From NCBI GenBank assembly GCA_963804165.1, contig CAWDPO010000034.1:1-64000 (forward strand): DNA of 64,000 nucleotides, read 5' to 3'. The notes under the pieces were generated by a model. That model had not been told where the DNA came from. It saw only the letters and a list, made by a program, of their open reading frames with translations, and searched no databases. Shown here piece by piece: positions 30,819 through 41,160 of the stretch. Every line of letters begins with the position of its first letter. Positions within the stretch are counted from its first letter, which is position 1. The translations under genes were made by a program, and so were the position numbers. This stretch comes from an uncultured delta proteobacterium (GTDB lineage Bacteria > Desulfobacterota > Binatia > UBA9968).

Positions 30819-32313
30819 CTAGCAGTCCGTGGTGAAAGTCCGTGTTGGCTTCAACAAATAACAGAAAATGGTTTGGATCATAGGTTCCCCCCGCCTAAGC
30901 CAAAGACCGGCCAGGTCCATGGCAATGGGAAACCGAAGCCAAAGGTTAAGCAAATCGCCAAAATGGACCCCCCCAAGCAACCTCCCAACAACGCCCCAAA
31001 ATCCATCCAATAGGCGAACCAATAGAATTTTGAAAAAACCCGGGTCCAATCCGAATGTGAAAAAGTGTTCCCCGCCGTTTAAGGCCAGGGGATAGGCCGG
31101 CCGAGTCTGGCACCGGGTCGCTATTTTCGCCTGCTCGTTGTCGGGTACTTTGAAGGGCTCGATTCCGAGCGCGCGATAGCCTGGCGCGCCGCAGATTCGT
31201 TTGCGTTGCGCCAATTTTTCGGATTTGGAGTTCCCGAAGCAACCGCCCGACAATCCAACGATTCCCCCCCACCTCCGGTTAACCGACTTGAAAACCCCCC
31301 GGAAGGTTCACCTTAGACTCAATCTGCTCTCTCTAGAGCGCGCTTTCTCAAGCACAACGATCGCCGCAGACACGCCCACACTCTCGGACCAAACGCCGCG
31401 CTGCAGAATAGCGTGCCACGAGACACGGGAGAAATATATGAGGTGTTTTTAACCCGCCTGCCCAAGAACGCCTCCACAATACGACCACAACCCGGGAGGT
31501 CGTCGCACGCCATCCCCGCAAGCACGAACACAAGCTCTCCCGCAACTCTAGACCTATCCCCAAGACCCACACCCCGAGATCCCCGATAAAAAATAGACAC
31601 ACGCGCACGTCGCACACAACCCCGAGCACGCTCTCGCTCGAGACGCGGGGGCGGGGGTGCGCGACCCCGCACCACGCCCCGCTCGGGGAACCCACCACGA
31701 GTATCAAGACGCTGATTGAGGCCGCCGAGCAGATCGAGGCGGTCATCCCTCGGAGCCGAGGGCCCAAAGGAGGTCGTCCCCACAAAGGGGAACCATAGCA
31801 ATCAACCCCTGTGGGCCTTGGAAGCGGGGGGGCCCCAGGCTAAATTCCGAACCCCAACCCCGGGCGGGGAACCTGAAAGAAAAACCCCAGGCCCCCCAAG
31901 ACCGATAACACCGCCGCCCGCCGACTAACTACCGACGCAGCCAGCAGGCGCCCCCTCAGTCAGCGACGCGAACTCCCCCGAGCCGCCGCTTGACCAAACT
32001 TATGCGACTAGAGCCATACTCCCTGTCTGCCTGCTCAGTCATACAAACATCATCACATACTTATTGCTACCTCGGGCGGCAATCAATGATGGATTATTCA
32101 TACGATCTTCGTTCTGTGCACGCCCCCCACCCTGCCGGCCCGCCTGCCTGGGCGCTCTGCAGGCAGATGTACAGTCACTTCCTCGAAACTCATTAAGGGC
32201 TTAGGTGAGTCTTCTAAGCTCCTATCGCCCGACGACAGGCCTAGCCCTTTTCTCCCATAGACCAACATATAGCATATCCCATTCCTGATCTCTATTTCCA
32301 CTGCCACGGCTAG
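30819..32313 (+). mobile_element. IS5/IS1182-like IS with heavily corrupted transposase
   Basis: Left end CTAGCAGTCCGTGGTGAAAGT, degenerate right end ...CCACGGCTAG; DUF772-like stretch RPSLAPGRYFRLL..GYFEGLDSERAIAWRAADS at about 31095-31200. Confidence 0.7.
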
Positions 32314-32357
32314 AGCTATGTTCTACGGAGTCGTTCAATAGTAGAGAATAAGCTTAA

Positions 32358-32735
32358 ATGAGCACCAATACCGTGACCCGATTTTCAAACCAGAGATACC
32401 TCAACATGGAAACCTACAGGAAAACAGGCAAGCCCGTGGCGACTCCGGTATGGTTTGCCGAAGAAAACGGCACGGTGTACATATACTCGCTCGCTAACGC
32501 AGGCAAGGTGAAAAGGATACGTAATAATCCAAAGGTCCGAATAGTGCCCTGCGATATGCTTGGCAAACCAAAGGGTGAATGGGTCGAAGCGAAGGCGCGG
32601 ATACTCGATGAAGGAGGAGCCACGCTGGGGCATAAGCTTTTGAATAAGAGGTATGGCTGGATGAAAAGAATAGGAGATGCCTTCAGTAAGCTGAGGCGAA
32701 GACAGAAAGTGGTAATCGCAATGGATATTATCTGA
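32358..32735 (+). CDS. PPOX-class F420-dependent oxidoreductase; cassette
   Basis: TYRKTGKPVATPVWF and GKVKRIRNNPKVRIVPCD motifs. Confidence 0.88.
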   Translation: MSTNTVTRFSNQRYLNMETYRKTGKPVATPVWFAEENGTVYIYSLANAGKVKRIRNNPKVRIVPCDMLGKPKGEWVEAKARILDEGGATLGHKLLNKRYGWMKRIGDAFSKLRRRQKVVIAMDII

Positions 32736-32769
32736 GAAGTTCTTGGGCGAAATAGCCTGCTCGAACTGT

Positions 32770-32842
32770 GCTTAACAGATCGTTGCACGCGAGCGGTTCA
32801 TCGCAGCACTCTTCGCCGCCGCGTGAACTCTGGTTGTTAGAC
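32770..32842 (+). other. attC site
   Basis: GCTTAAC..GTTGCACGCG...CGCGTGAAC..GTTAGAC. Confidence 0.85.
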
Positions 32843-32868
32843 GGTCGAAAGTCAGGAGGATGCCGAGG

Positions 32869-33729
32869 ATGGATCCGATCAGACGCAAAATACTGAAAAC
32901 GAGCGCCGCAGCAACGGTGACAGCCGCAGCGCGGCGAGTGTTTGGTCAGCAGACTGGACAAGGAGGAGCTGCCATGTCGTTCTACGAAAAAGGCCCCGTT
33001 CGCATCCAATATCAGGAGGCTGGTTCCGGCTTCCCGTTGTTGCTTATCCCCGGTGGGGGATTAAACTCAACGATCGCCGGCTTGAAACGCGGCGGACCGT
33101 TTAATGCAATCGAGGAGTTCAAGGGAGAGTACCGCTGCATCTTCTCGGACATGCGCAACGCCAATAGCGGCCAGTCCTCCGGCCCGCTCGAGATCGATCG
33201 GCCCTGGGATGCCTATACCGATGACCATATCGGTGTGATGGATCACTTGGCAATCGACAAGTTCATGGTGATGGGCTTCTGCATCGGTGGTCCCTTGATT
33301 TGGAACCTTCTGAAGCGGGCGCCCGATCGTATCGTCGCAGCCGTGCTGGCGCAGCCCAGCGGATTCCGGCCGGAGTTGCCCAACCACTCGTACGAGAACA
33401 ACATCAAGGGCTGGGGCCCCGATCTGGTAAAGCGCCGGCCCGACATCACAATGGAGATGGTCGACAAATTTCTGAACAAGATGTACCGCACCAAGCCCGA
33501 CTTCGTCTGGACCGTAACACGCGATTTCGTGCGCAATTGCCGGACGCCCGTACTGATCCTACCGGATGATATCCCGCCGCATCCGTACGCCGTCGCCATG
33601 GAGGCCGCGATGCTCGCGCCCAAGGCGGAAGTGAGCATGTTCCCGTGGAAGGAACCGAAGGAGCGGATTCCCCTGGCGGTGCGCCAGATACGTTCCTTCC
33701 TCCGAGCGCATCGGCCCGGTTCTGTTTAG
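32869..33729 (+). CDS. Alpha/beta hydrolase with GFCIG nucleophile elbow; cassette
   Basis: PLLLIPGGG and GFCIGG motifs; Tat-like RRKILKTSAAA leader, alternative start at 32974. Confidence 0.85.
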   Translation: MDPIRRKILKTSAAATVTAAARRVFGQQTGQGGAAMSFYEKGPVRIQYQEAGSGFPLLLIPGGGLNSTIAGLKRGGPFNAIEEFKGEYRCIFSDMRNANSGQSSGPLEIDRPWDAYTDDHIGVMDHLAIDKFMVMGFCIGGPLIWNLLKRAPDRIVAAVLAQPSGFRPELPNHSYENNIKGWGPDLVKRRPDITMEMVDKFLNKMYRTKPDFVWTVTRDFVRNCRTPVLILPDDIPPHPYAVAMEAAMLAPKAEVSMFPWKEPKERIPLAVRQIRSFLRAHRPGSV

Positions 33730-33790
33730 ACGGCGGTGTCAATACCACAAGGCCGTTGATCCTGGTGACCGCGTGAAACATTGCTTAGAT

Positions 33791-33865
33791 GCCTAACACC
33801 ACGTTCGAGCGGACCGTAAGCATCGTTGGCCGTACCTGTTCGGCCACGAACGCGGTCGTTTAGGC
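33791..33865 (+). other. attC site (degenerate)
   Basis: GCCTAACACCACGTTCGAGCGGACC...GTTTAGGC. Confidence 0.65.
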
Positions 33866-33970
33866 ACCGAAAACAATCAGCGCGAGACTAGAGTGGGGGA
33901 TTCAAAACTGAAATGAGATTTGCAATGCGCGGCGTAATCGGGCGTTTAGGCGGAGAGGAGGTAGTTTAGA

Positions 33971-34255
33971 ATGCACCGGGTTATTCTTCCGTTATTCGTC
34001 ATCATGGCCCTTCTTGGGATCGTTATCGCCGTGTGGGCGGGACTCGGAGATTCATCCGTGATCGCCGGAACAGGAGGCATCCACGAAGTCCTGCGGGCTC
34101 ATGGCATAGCCGAGAACGTTGCGCTCCGTAACGATTTGTACGACGCGATGCTTCGTCTGAAATGGCCATGGGCGGTTGCTCAGTGGTTGGGCATTGGGGT
34201 GGTTGTTGTATCGGTAATCGGAATAGCAGTCGTGTGGCGGCGTCGCCCAGCCTAA
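33971..34255 (+). CDS. Hypothetical two-TM protein; cassette
   Basis: RBS GAGGAGG; the stop codon lies in a GCCTAAC R'' box whose remaining attC is deleted. Confidence 0.6.
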   Translation: MHRVILPLFVIMALLGIVIAVWAGLGDSSVIAGTGGIHEVLRAHGIAENVALRNDLYDAMLRLKWPWAVAQWLGIGVVVVSVIGIAVVWRRRPA

Positions 34256-34266
34256 CAAGGGCAAAA

Positions 34267-34667
34267 ATGAAAAAACAAATAGTGGTCCTATGCTTGCTGA
34301 ATATGATCTTCTCTGTTTGTGCCTATTCGCAATCTGAACCGTCTAAGCCCAAGTCAGAGAAATGGTTCAGACTCGAACCAAACAATGTTTATGTTGAGGA
34401 TCTTTTACTGAAACCGAGTGAGACAAAAGAGATTGAGATTTCTACGGAGGAGCCTCTTTCGGTGGGCTTACGGACAGATGTGAGTTTGGATCTGAAAAAA
34501 GGAAAAAATATGTTTGGCTTACACAAAAGGGGACGGAGTATTCAATTGGAACTTTGATAGGGGCTTCAAGGGTCTTCAACCCTACCGGTGGAAAATTAAC
34601 CCTTGTGGTAAAAAATGAAACGGATACCGCCCTCCGAGTTGTCATCTTCAAAAAACCCAAGAAATGA
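34267..34667 (+). CDS. Hypothetical secreted protein (frameshift); cassette
   Basis: Signal peptide MKKQIVVLCLL...AYS; lower GC. Confidence 0.5.
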
Positions 34668-34746
34668 ATCTAACCCCAATTGATAAATCTTCGGGTTGAC
34701 GGCCCTCGATAAAGCGGTCTTGCGTCTACTCACCCAAACGTTATTG
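34668..34746 (+). other. attC site (degenerate)
   Basis: ATCTAAC...GGGTTGA...TCACCCAAACGTTATTG. Confidence 0.6.
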
Positions 34747-34761
34747 TCCTGACCACTTCGC

Positions 34762-35793
34762 ATGAGCATACTTTCACCAAACGCCAACGAGATAGCAGCG
34801 CTCGCCCAAGAGGAGAGGGCAAAGGAGATCCAATTTGCCGAACCTCCGTCCCGAGCTGCACTTGAAACGTTGGAGCGTGATATATTACGTCACCGTTCTG
34901 ACTTTGAAGTTCGCTTCTACGGTTTTTACAAGACGACGTGCGATCTCCGAATGCTGCAGTATATTCCATCAGTGAAGAGGCTTGTTGTGAACTGCTTGAG
35001 TGGAGAGGTCGACGGGGTCGATGAGATTGGACGGCTTAAAAACCTTCTAAACTTAACGATTGGAATCCAATGTTTGAACAATTTTACTTTCCTCGAAGGA
35101 CTGCCTCCTTCGTTAAAGGTTCTCTACCTCGAAGAGGCTAAAAGTAAGACTTTGAGTTTAAAACCCCTCCGACGTTTTCAGAAACTTCGGCGACTTTATA
35201 TTGAGCGACATCATAAAGACCTCAACGTGGTAAGTGAACTTGGGAATCTTGAGGAGCTGGTACTCCGATCTATTACGGTACCTTCTCTGTCGTTCTTGAG
35301 CAGTCTTCAGAAGCTGCGCCTCTTGGACCTAAAGTTGGGCGGTACAAAGAATCTCGATGTTCTCGGAGACTTAGCCAACCTGAAGCAACTTGAAATTTGG
35401 CAGGTCAGCAAATTAACCAATCTCGACGATGTCGTAGAGGCAAAGAATTTGCGTGTTCTCTACTTGCAAGATCTTCCGAATGTGACCCAGCTCCCTTCGT
35501 TTGCGCCCATGAAAGAACTGAGAGAGGTACATTTTAATCATCTTAAGGGCCTCAAAAATATTGTCCCCGTCACCGAAGCTCCTCGGCTCGAGTGGCTCAC
35601 GCTAACCTCCGCTCCCCACTGCTCAGCAGAAATATTTAAACCGTTTCTTAGGCACCCGACTCTCAAGCGAGTAAGCGTCGGGCTTGGGAATTTCCGTAAG
35701 AACCGAGACGTGCGAGCACTCTTTGCCGGATCTAAGGTGTCTGTTGACGGCGGGTTCGGGGAGAATAAGCTTGGCTCAGAAGATAACCAATGA
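34762..35793 (+). CDS. Leucine-rich repeat protein; cassette
   Basis: Repeated LxxLxxLxL units (LKNLLNLTI, LGNLEELVL, LQKLRLLDL, LANLKQLEI). Confidence 0.88.
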   Translation: MSILSPNANEIAALAQEERAKEIQFAEPPSRAALETLERDILRHRSDFEVRFYGFYKTTCDLRMLQYIPSVKRLVVNCLSGEVDGVDEIGRLKNLLNLTIGIQCLNNFTFLEGLPPSLKVLYLEEAKSKTLSLKPLRRFQKLRRLYIERHHKDLNVVSELGNLEELVLRSITVPSLSFLSSLQKLRLLDLKLGGTKNLDVLGDLANLKQLEIWQVSKLTNLDDVVEAKNLRVLYLQDLPNVTQLPSFAPMKELREVHFNHLKGLKNIVPVTEAPRLEWLTLTSAPHCSAEIFKPFLRHPTLKRVSVGLGNFRKNRDVRALFAGSKVSVDGGFGENKLGSEDNQ

Positions 35794-35874
35794 TTGCACG
35801 AGATTTCGCGCCTTGGACGGTTCGGGTTGATTGAGGTCCATCGTAGCACGAAACTCGTGATCCAAGCGTTAGGC
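35781..35874 (+). other. attC site
   Basis: AGATAAC..GATTGCACGAGATTTCG...CGAAACTCGTGATC..GTTAGGC. Confidence 0.85.
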
Positions 35875-35988
35875 CGCATCTGTACGCCATGACAACCGAC
35901 GACGCCATCAAATTCCTGCAAGCGCACCCGCAGATTCCTGCGGAGCGCCGGAGCGATAGAGTATCTTCGCGAGCGCGCCGCGCGCGAG

Positions 35989-36050
35989 ACAGACCTTCGG
36001 ACCCGCTCGCAAAGCTCGCGGGCCATGGCTTCTCAGCCTAAACGTTAGGC
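35989..36050 (+). other. Right part of an attC site
   Basis: Internal hairpin CCCGC..GCGGG, ending GCCTAAACGTTAGGC; R'' box lost. Confidence 0.6.
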
Positions 36051-36103
36051 GCTACGGGAGTCACGCAACAACGTATCCTTAATAGCTAGCGAGAGAACTA
36101 TCT

Positions 36104-36514
36104 ATGGCAATGAAAACCTACCAAGGCAGTTGTCATTGCGGAGCAGTTCGGTTTGAAGCGATCTTTGACATGAGAGACGGCACCAGCAAGTGTAACTGCA
36201 CTTTGTGTACCAAACAGCGTGCATGGTTCGTTTTCGTCAAACCTCCGAACTTTCGCTTGCTCTCAGATGAAGCAGGTTTGGCTGACTACCAATTCGGTGA
36301 ACGCATTCTCCATCACCAATTCTGCCGAACCTGCGGTGTGCGAGCCTTCGGTTGGGGCGATCACGAAATAATGGGTGGCCTCTGGCATTACGTGAACGTC
36401 GCATCGTTGGACAATGCCGACACGACCGAACTTGCCGAGGCCCCGGTCAAATATGTTGATGGACGGCATGACGACTACGACGGCCCGCCGCCAACTGAGA
36501 CCCGGCATCTGTAG
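36104..36514 (+). CDS. GFA/CENP-V family protein; cassette
   Basis: GSCHCG, CNCTLC and FCRTCG motifs. Confidence 0.9.
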   Translation: MAMKTYQGSCHCGAVRFEAIFDMRDGTSKCNCTLCTKQRAWFVFVKPPNFRLLSDEAGLADYQFGERILHHQFCRTCGVRAFGWGDHEIMGGLWHYVNVASLDNADTTELAEAPVKYVDGRHDDYDGPPPTETRHL

Positions 36515-36535
36515 CTTGGCGCGTACGCAGTCCGC

Positions 36536-36596
36536 GCCTAACCGTTCATTCAAGCTGAAGCCGCTTCGCGGCTCCGCTTAGGTTCAGGCGTTAGAC
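36536..36596 (+). other. attC site, Xanthomonas-like short type
   Basis: GCCTAACCGTTCATTCAAGCTGAAGCCGCTTCGCGGCTCCGCTTAGGTTCAGGCGTTAGAC. Confidence 0.88.
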
Positions 36597-36950
36597 GACG
36601 AAATGAGATTCTACTGATGGGTGCCACAACTGCCGAACCAGATCATCCCATAATTAGAGGCCCTATGAATATCGACTGACGGAGCTGCGCTGTGTTATCG
36701 AAGCTCCCTACGACGGAGAGCCCTTCATCGACATGGCCAAGGGATCCGCAACACGCCTCCTTCATTTCTGGTCTCCACGCGATTTTCACGTGCAAGAAGG
36801 CTTTTCTCCTGACACCTATCTTGGCCGTAAAATCCTAGATATATCACGAGACAGCTTGAGAATAGCGCAATCGAGGTCTCGTGTTTCTAGAATACACCGG
36901 GACTCATTTTCTACGCGCGTATTGTCGAGGAGATCCCAGTTTAAAATGTC

Positions 36951-37033
36951 GTCTAAGCCGCGCCGGAGCCGATAGCGTGATTCAGTGGTGGATGCTTCAT
37001 TTCCAACAACGGCTCGGCGGCATAGCGATAGAT
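36951..37033 (+). other. attC-like site with mutated core boxes
   Basis: GTCTAAG..CGCCGGAGCCG...CGGCTCGGCG..GATAGAT. Confidence 0.6.
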
Positions 37034-37050
37034 TGCCGCAAGTGGCCAGA

Positions 37051-37520
37051 ATGAACGACTACGAATTACGTTCGGCTACGAATGTCGATTGCGACGCGAT
37101 CAAGGAAGTCGTCTTCGCAGTGTTGCGAGAGTATCGACTTCAGCCTGATCCGGACGGAACGGACGCTGATCTAAACGATATCGAAACTAGCTATCTGTGC
37201 TCGGGTGGGTGCTTCGACGTACTGGTGGACTCGCGCGGAGCCATTGTTGGTTCCGTTGGGCTCTACCCGATCGACTCGGACACGTGCGAACTTCAAAGAT
37301 GTACTTGTTACAGCAAGCTCGCGGCCAAGGTCAGGGTAGGCGTCTTCTGGAACATGCGCTCGCGCGGGCTAAGGAGATCGGATTTCGACGCATGGTGCTC
37401 GAGACAGCATCCGTGCTCAAAGAAGCAATCGCCCTCTACAGACGATACGGGTTTCGGCCTTATCAACCCGCTCATCTATCCCCGCGGTGCGACGGTGCGT
37501 ACGTCCTCGATCTCTTCTGA
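37051..37520 (+). CDS. GNAT acetyltransferase (frameshift); cassette
   Basis: IVGSVGL, KMYL..ARGQGQGRRLL, LET and AIALYRRYGF motifs. Confidence 0.85.
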
Positions 37521-37796
37521 AAATGCCAGGAATATGCAGGTTATGTTTTTTAGACTTGGTCCGTTGTCGAATTTGAGATTCGCCAAACGACTAACCGGTG
37601 TAGGCAGCAAAAAGGGAAATTCACTCTCCGACTAAGGAATGGAGGGGCAGAACGTCGCCTCAGGTCACCGAAAGGCCGGAAAGAATCGGACAGTAAAGGG
37701 CAAGATAAAAAACGTAATGATTTGACCGCGCAAATCCATTGTCCATCGAAAATGAACTCAGTGTAACATGCATGCAATAGACACAAGGAAAATGAC

Positions 37797-38168
37797 ATGA
37801 AGTACCTTTGCCTGGCTTACGAGGAGGAGAGCAAGCTGAATGCCCTCTCCAAGAGCGAGTGGGACAGTTTGAGAGACGAGACACTGGGCTACGTTGATGA
37901 GCTCAGAAGCAGCGGTCGCCTTATTTCGACAGAACCCCTCCAGAGCGTCCGTACTGCTGCCACAGTGCGGGTTCGCGGTGGCAAAATATCCGTTACTGAC
38001 GGCCCGTTTGCCGAGACCAAAGAGACGCTGGGCGGGTTTTTTCTGATCAATGCGAGCGATCTGAACGATGCAATTCAAATGGCCTCAAAATGGCCATCGG
38101 CACGCCTGGGAAGTATCGAGGTGCGGCCGATTGAGGCGGGATTACCGACGGCTCGCCGCTACGTGTGA
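37797..38168 (+). CDS. YciI/DGPF family protein
   Basis: TDGPFAETKETLGGF and IEVRP motifs. Confidence 0.9.
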   Translation: MKYLCLAYEEESKLNALSKSEWDSLRDETLGYVDELRSSGRLISTEPLQSVRTAATVRVRGGKISVTDGPFAETKETLGGFFLINASDLNDAIQMASKWPSARLGSIEVRPIEAGLPTARRYV

Positions 38169-38178
38169 AGGAGAATGA

Positions 38179-38774
38179 ATGAAAATTGACTTGTTATATG
38201 AAAAGATTGCCGCCCCTGCACAAAGGGCACTTCAGGCGTTAAACATGACTGCTACTGAAGATTTATCGAATATACAAGAAAGATGATTTCAGAGTTACAC
38301 GGAGTTGGACCAAACGCATTAAAAGTGATTGAAAGAGAAATGATTTCATTGAATATTACTTTCCTTGATGTAAATGAAGATAAAGAAATAGAAGAATCGG
38401 CCATTTTATTAGTCGATCAGTACATAAAGAGATTTCCTCAACAGACGCAATCAAAATTGAGTGAAATAAGAAAGATAATAAGGGCAGCAGCGCCGGACGC
38501 TACCGAGAAAATCTCATATCAAATACCAACATTTTATTTGTACGGCAATTTAGTTCATTTTGCTGGATATGAAAGACATATTGGTTTTTATCCAGGAGCA
38601 AGTGGTATCTCAACATACAAAAATAAATTGAAGAAATATAAGAGTGCAAAAGGGTCAGTTCAATTTCCCCTTGAAAGACCATTACCAGGAGAATTGATAA
38701 AGCGAATAGTGAAATTTCGAGTTGAAGAGAATAGGATGAAGGCATCAAAAGGAAAGAAACAATCCGGAATCTAA
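38179..38774 (+). CDS. DUF1801 (YdhG-like) protein with N-terminal HhH-like domain (frameshift); AT-rich cassette
   Basis: APAQRAL..LHGVGPNA; APDATEKISYQIPTF, HIGFYP and KGSVQFP motifs. Confidence 0.8.
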
Positions 38775-38862
38775 CAATTCGCTTCAAACGGATTCGCGAG
38801 ATTCACGGCTAAGCTTGTCTTGGGCATTAATTTTCGACGAACCGAGCGAAAGAGAGTTAGAT
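38769..38862 (+). other. attC site
   Basis: ATCTAACAATTCGCTTC..GGATTCG...CGAACCGAGCGAA..GTTAGAT. Confidence 0.8.
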
Positions 38863-38863
38863 G

Positions 38864-39774
38864 ATGAGTCAAGCACTGAAGGGCAAAGTGGCGTTGGTCG
38901 CAGGGGCAACGCGCGGCGCGGGCCGCGGCATCGCTGTCGAACTGGGCACGGCTGGAGCAACGGTGTACGTCACTGGGCGAACGAGTGGGTCCGAGCGATC
39001 GGAAATGAACCGGCCGGAGACGATCGAAGAGACCGCGGCTCTTGTTGATGACGCCGGCGGCCGCGGGATCGCGGTGCAGGTAGACCATCTCGTGCCGGAC
39101 GAGGTGCGCGCGCTGGTGACCCGCATCGATAGGGAACAGGGCGGCCTGCACATCCTGGTGAACGACATTTGGGGCGCCACCAGGATGGAATGGAACAAAT
39201 CGGTCTGGGAATCCTCGTTGGACTATGGGCTTCGCACCCTGCGCCTGGCCGTGGATACGCATGCGATCACCAGTCACTTTGCGCTACCCCTGCTTATCAA
39301 GACACCAGGCGGTCTGGTTGTCGAGGTGACTGACGGAACCGCCGAGTACAACGCGACCCATTACCGAGTCTCCTTCTTCTACGATCTGGCTAAGGCGTCC
39401 AACCTCCGAATGGCGTTCGCGCTGGCGCACGAGTTGCGGCCGTATCGTTGCACCGCCGTTGCCGTGACTCCCGGCTGGCTGCGTTCCGAGATGATGCTGG
39501 ATGTCTACGGTGTCAGCGAAGCCAACTGGCGTGATGCCACCGCGAAGCAACCGCACTTCGTCATCACCGAAACGCCACGTTACGTCGGCCGTGCCGTCGC
39601 GCACCTTGCTGGAGATCCTGACGTTGAGCGCTGGAGCGGTCAGTCGCTATCGAGCGGCCAACTCGCAAAGGTCTATGGCTTCACTGATCTGGATGGTCCC
39701 AGCCCGATGCTTGGCGCTACGTTGTCGAGGTCCAGGATCCCGGCAAACCAGCCGATGCGACTGGATACAGGTAA
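38864..39774 (+). CDS. SDR family oxidoreductase (fused to the next ORF by a frameshift in the track)
   Basis: AGATRGAGRG, VNDIWG, YDLAK and TPGWLRSE motifs. Confidence 0.88.
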
Positions 39775-39856
39775 CCTAGCCAGCCCGAAAGCGTCTTGCA
39801 GCCGACGCGGCACGTCGCGCCGCTCTGGGCGAAGGACAAAATCGCGGAGAAGTTCA

Positions 39857-40624
39857 ATGCGCATTGCAGTGATTGGTGGCACGGGCGTCGTCGGTCGCCA
39901 CACCGTCGACTCCCTGCGGCGGGCAGGGCATGACACGGTTGTGGTTGCTCGCTCCCATGGCGTCAATGTGGCTACCGGCGAAGGTCTGAACGATGCCTTC
40001 ATCGGGGTCGAGGTGGTGATCGACGTCACCAACATCCAGGGCTCTGACGCCGAGGCGACCCGGAACTTGTTCGGTGCTGCCATGACGAACCTCTTAGCCG
40101 CCGAGCAAAAAGCGCGGGTGCGACACCACGTGCTGCTCTCCATAGTCGGCGTGGACCGCATCGAGGGCAACGCGCATTACGCCGGCAAGCGCCTTCAGGA
40201 GAAGCTCCTTTCCTCAGGTTCTGTTCCGTACACGATCCAGCGCGCTACCCAGTTCCACGAGTTCGCTGCCACGGTGGTCGGGTGGACGCGCAAGGGCGAT
40301 GTTGCCACCGTGCCGCCGCTGCTCGTGCAGCCGGTCGCAGCCAGTGATGTCGCCGACGTTCTTGCGGAGATCGCGGTGGAGGACCCGCAGGGTCGAGCCA
40401 CCGATCTTGCTGGACCGGAGCCCCAGGATCTGGTCGACATGGCCCGGCGCACGCTGTCGTCACGGGGCGAGTCGATCCGGCTGGTCCCGAGCTGGCGGAC
40501 CGGGCTCTTTGGTGTAGAGGCGGCCGGCGAGGCACTTCTGCCAGGTCCGGAGGCTCGGCTTGCACCGACTACCTTCGACGCATGGCTCAGGACGCGGAGC
40601 GCGATTGCACCGTCATCCTCATAG
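39857..40624 (+). CDS. NmrA-like/atypical SDR NAD(P)H-binding protein
   Basis: MRIAVIGGTGVVG, LSIVG, RATQFHEF and QPVA motifs; own RBS GGAG. Confidence 0.85.
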   Translation: MRIAVIGGTGVVGRHTVDSLRRAGHDTVVVARSHGVNVATGEGLNDAFIGVEVVIDVTNIQGSDAEATRNLFGAAMTNLLAAEQKARVRHHVLLSIVGVDRIEGNAHYAGKRLQEKLLSSGSVPYTIQRATQFHEFAATVVGWTRKGDVATVPPLLVQPVAASDVADVLAEIAVEDPQGRATDLAGPEPQDLVDMARRTLSSRGESIRLVPSWRTGLFGVEAAGEALLPGPEARLAPTTFDAWLRTRSAIAPSSS

Positions 40625-40851
40625 GGAAGAATCGCGTTTGGGTTCCCTGATAACGTGCTGGCACACTGTGGTGGCGAACTTCCTTATCGAGAGCTCGAGT
40701 GACTGTCCGGGTTTGCCTCACTCGGACGGTCATTCGAGTCTCGACGGCGCGGATGGAACGCCAAGTGATCACCGCGAGTTCCAAGCGAGTGCAGCTCGCG
40801 CGTCCGACAGCCTTTGAATTGTGTCGCGCAATGATGAATGGAGAAAGAGAA

Positions 40852-41160
40852 ATGCCGGAAAACTCAATAAGAATAGTTGCTAGAGTAATTGCCAACCCGG
40901 ATAGCGTGGGCCAAGTCCGCACCATCCTCAGTGGTCTGGTTGAACCAACCCGCAAAGAGGCGGGCTGTATCAGCTATGAGCTGCTGCAGAATCGAACTGA
41001 GCAAACCGATTTTACCTTTGTCGAGGAATGGGAAAGTGATGCAGCAATAGATGCCCACTTGTCGACAAAACACATACAGGATGCACTGGCAAAGCTTGCG
41101 GGGTTGGTTTCAGTTGAGCCGGATATAAGGAGATATAGTGTGGTGAAGAAGGAGAATTAG
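40852..41160 (+). CDS. Putative quinol monooxygenase (ABM family)
   Basis: TRKEAGCISYEL and FVEEWESDAAIDAH motifs. Confidence 0.88.
   Translation: MPENSIRIVARVIANPDSVGQVRTILSGLVEPTRKEAGCISYELLQNRTEQTDFTFVEEWESDAAIDAHLSTKHIQDALAKLAGLVSVEPDIRRYSVVKKEN

Larger units (their letters stand above)
24581..41160 (+). mobile_element. Integron gene-cassette array (CALIN-like, integrase truncated)
   Basis: Short co-oriented ORFs of mixed composition, separated by more than 15 RYYTAAC...GTTRRRY hairpin sites. Confidence 0.9.

Noticed and set aside
31319-31928. ORFs inside the A/C-rich tract
   Set aside because: They are low-complexity products of corrupted transposase sequence.
38861-40624. 587-aa double-SDR fusion
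   Set aside because: A frameshift near 39700 bypasses the stop at 39772-39774. The second gene has its own RBS and ATG, and the spacer resembles a decayed attC.
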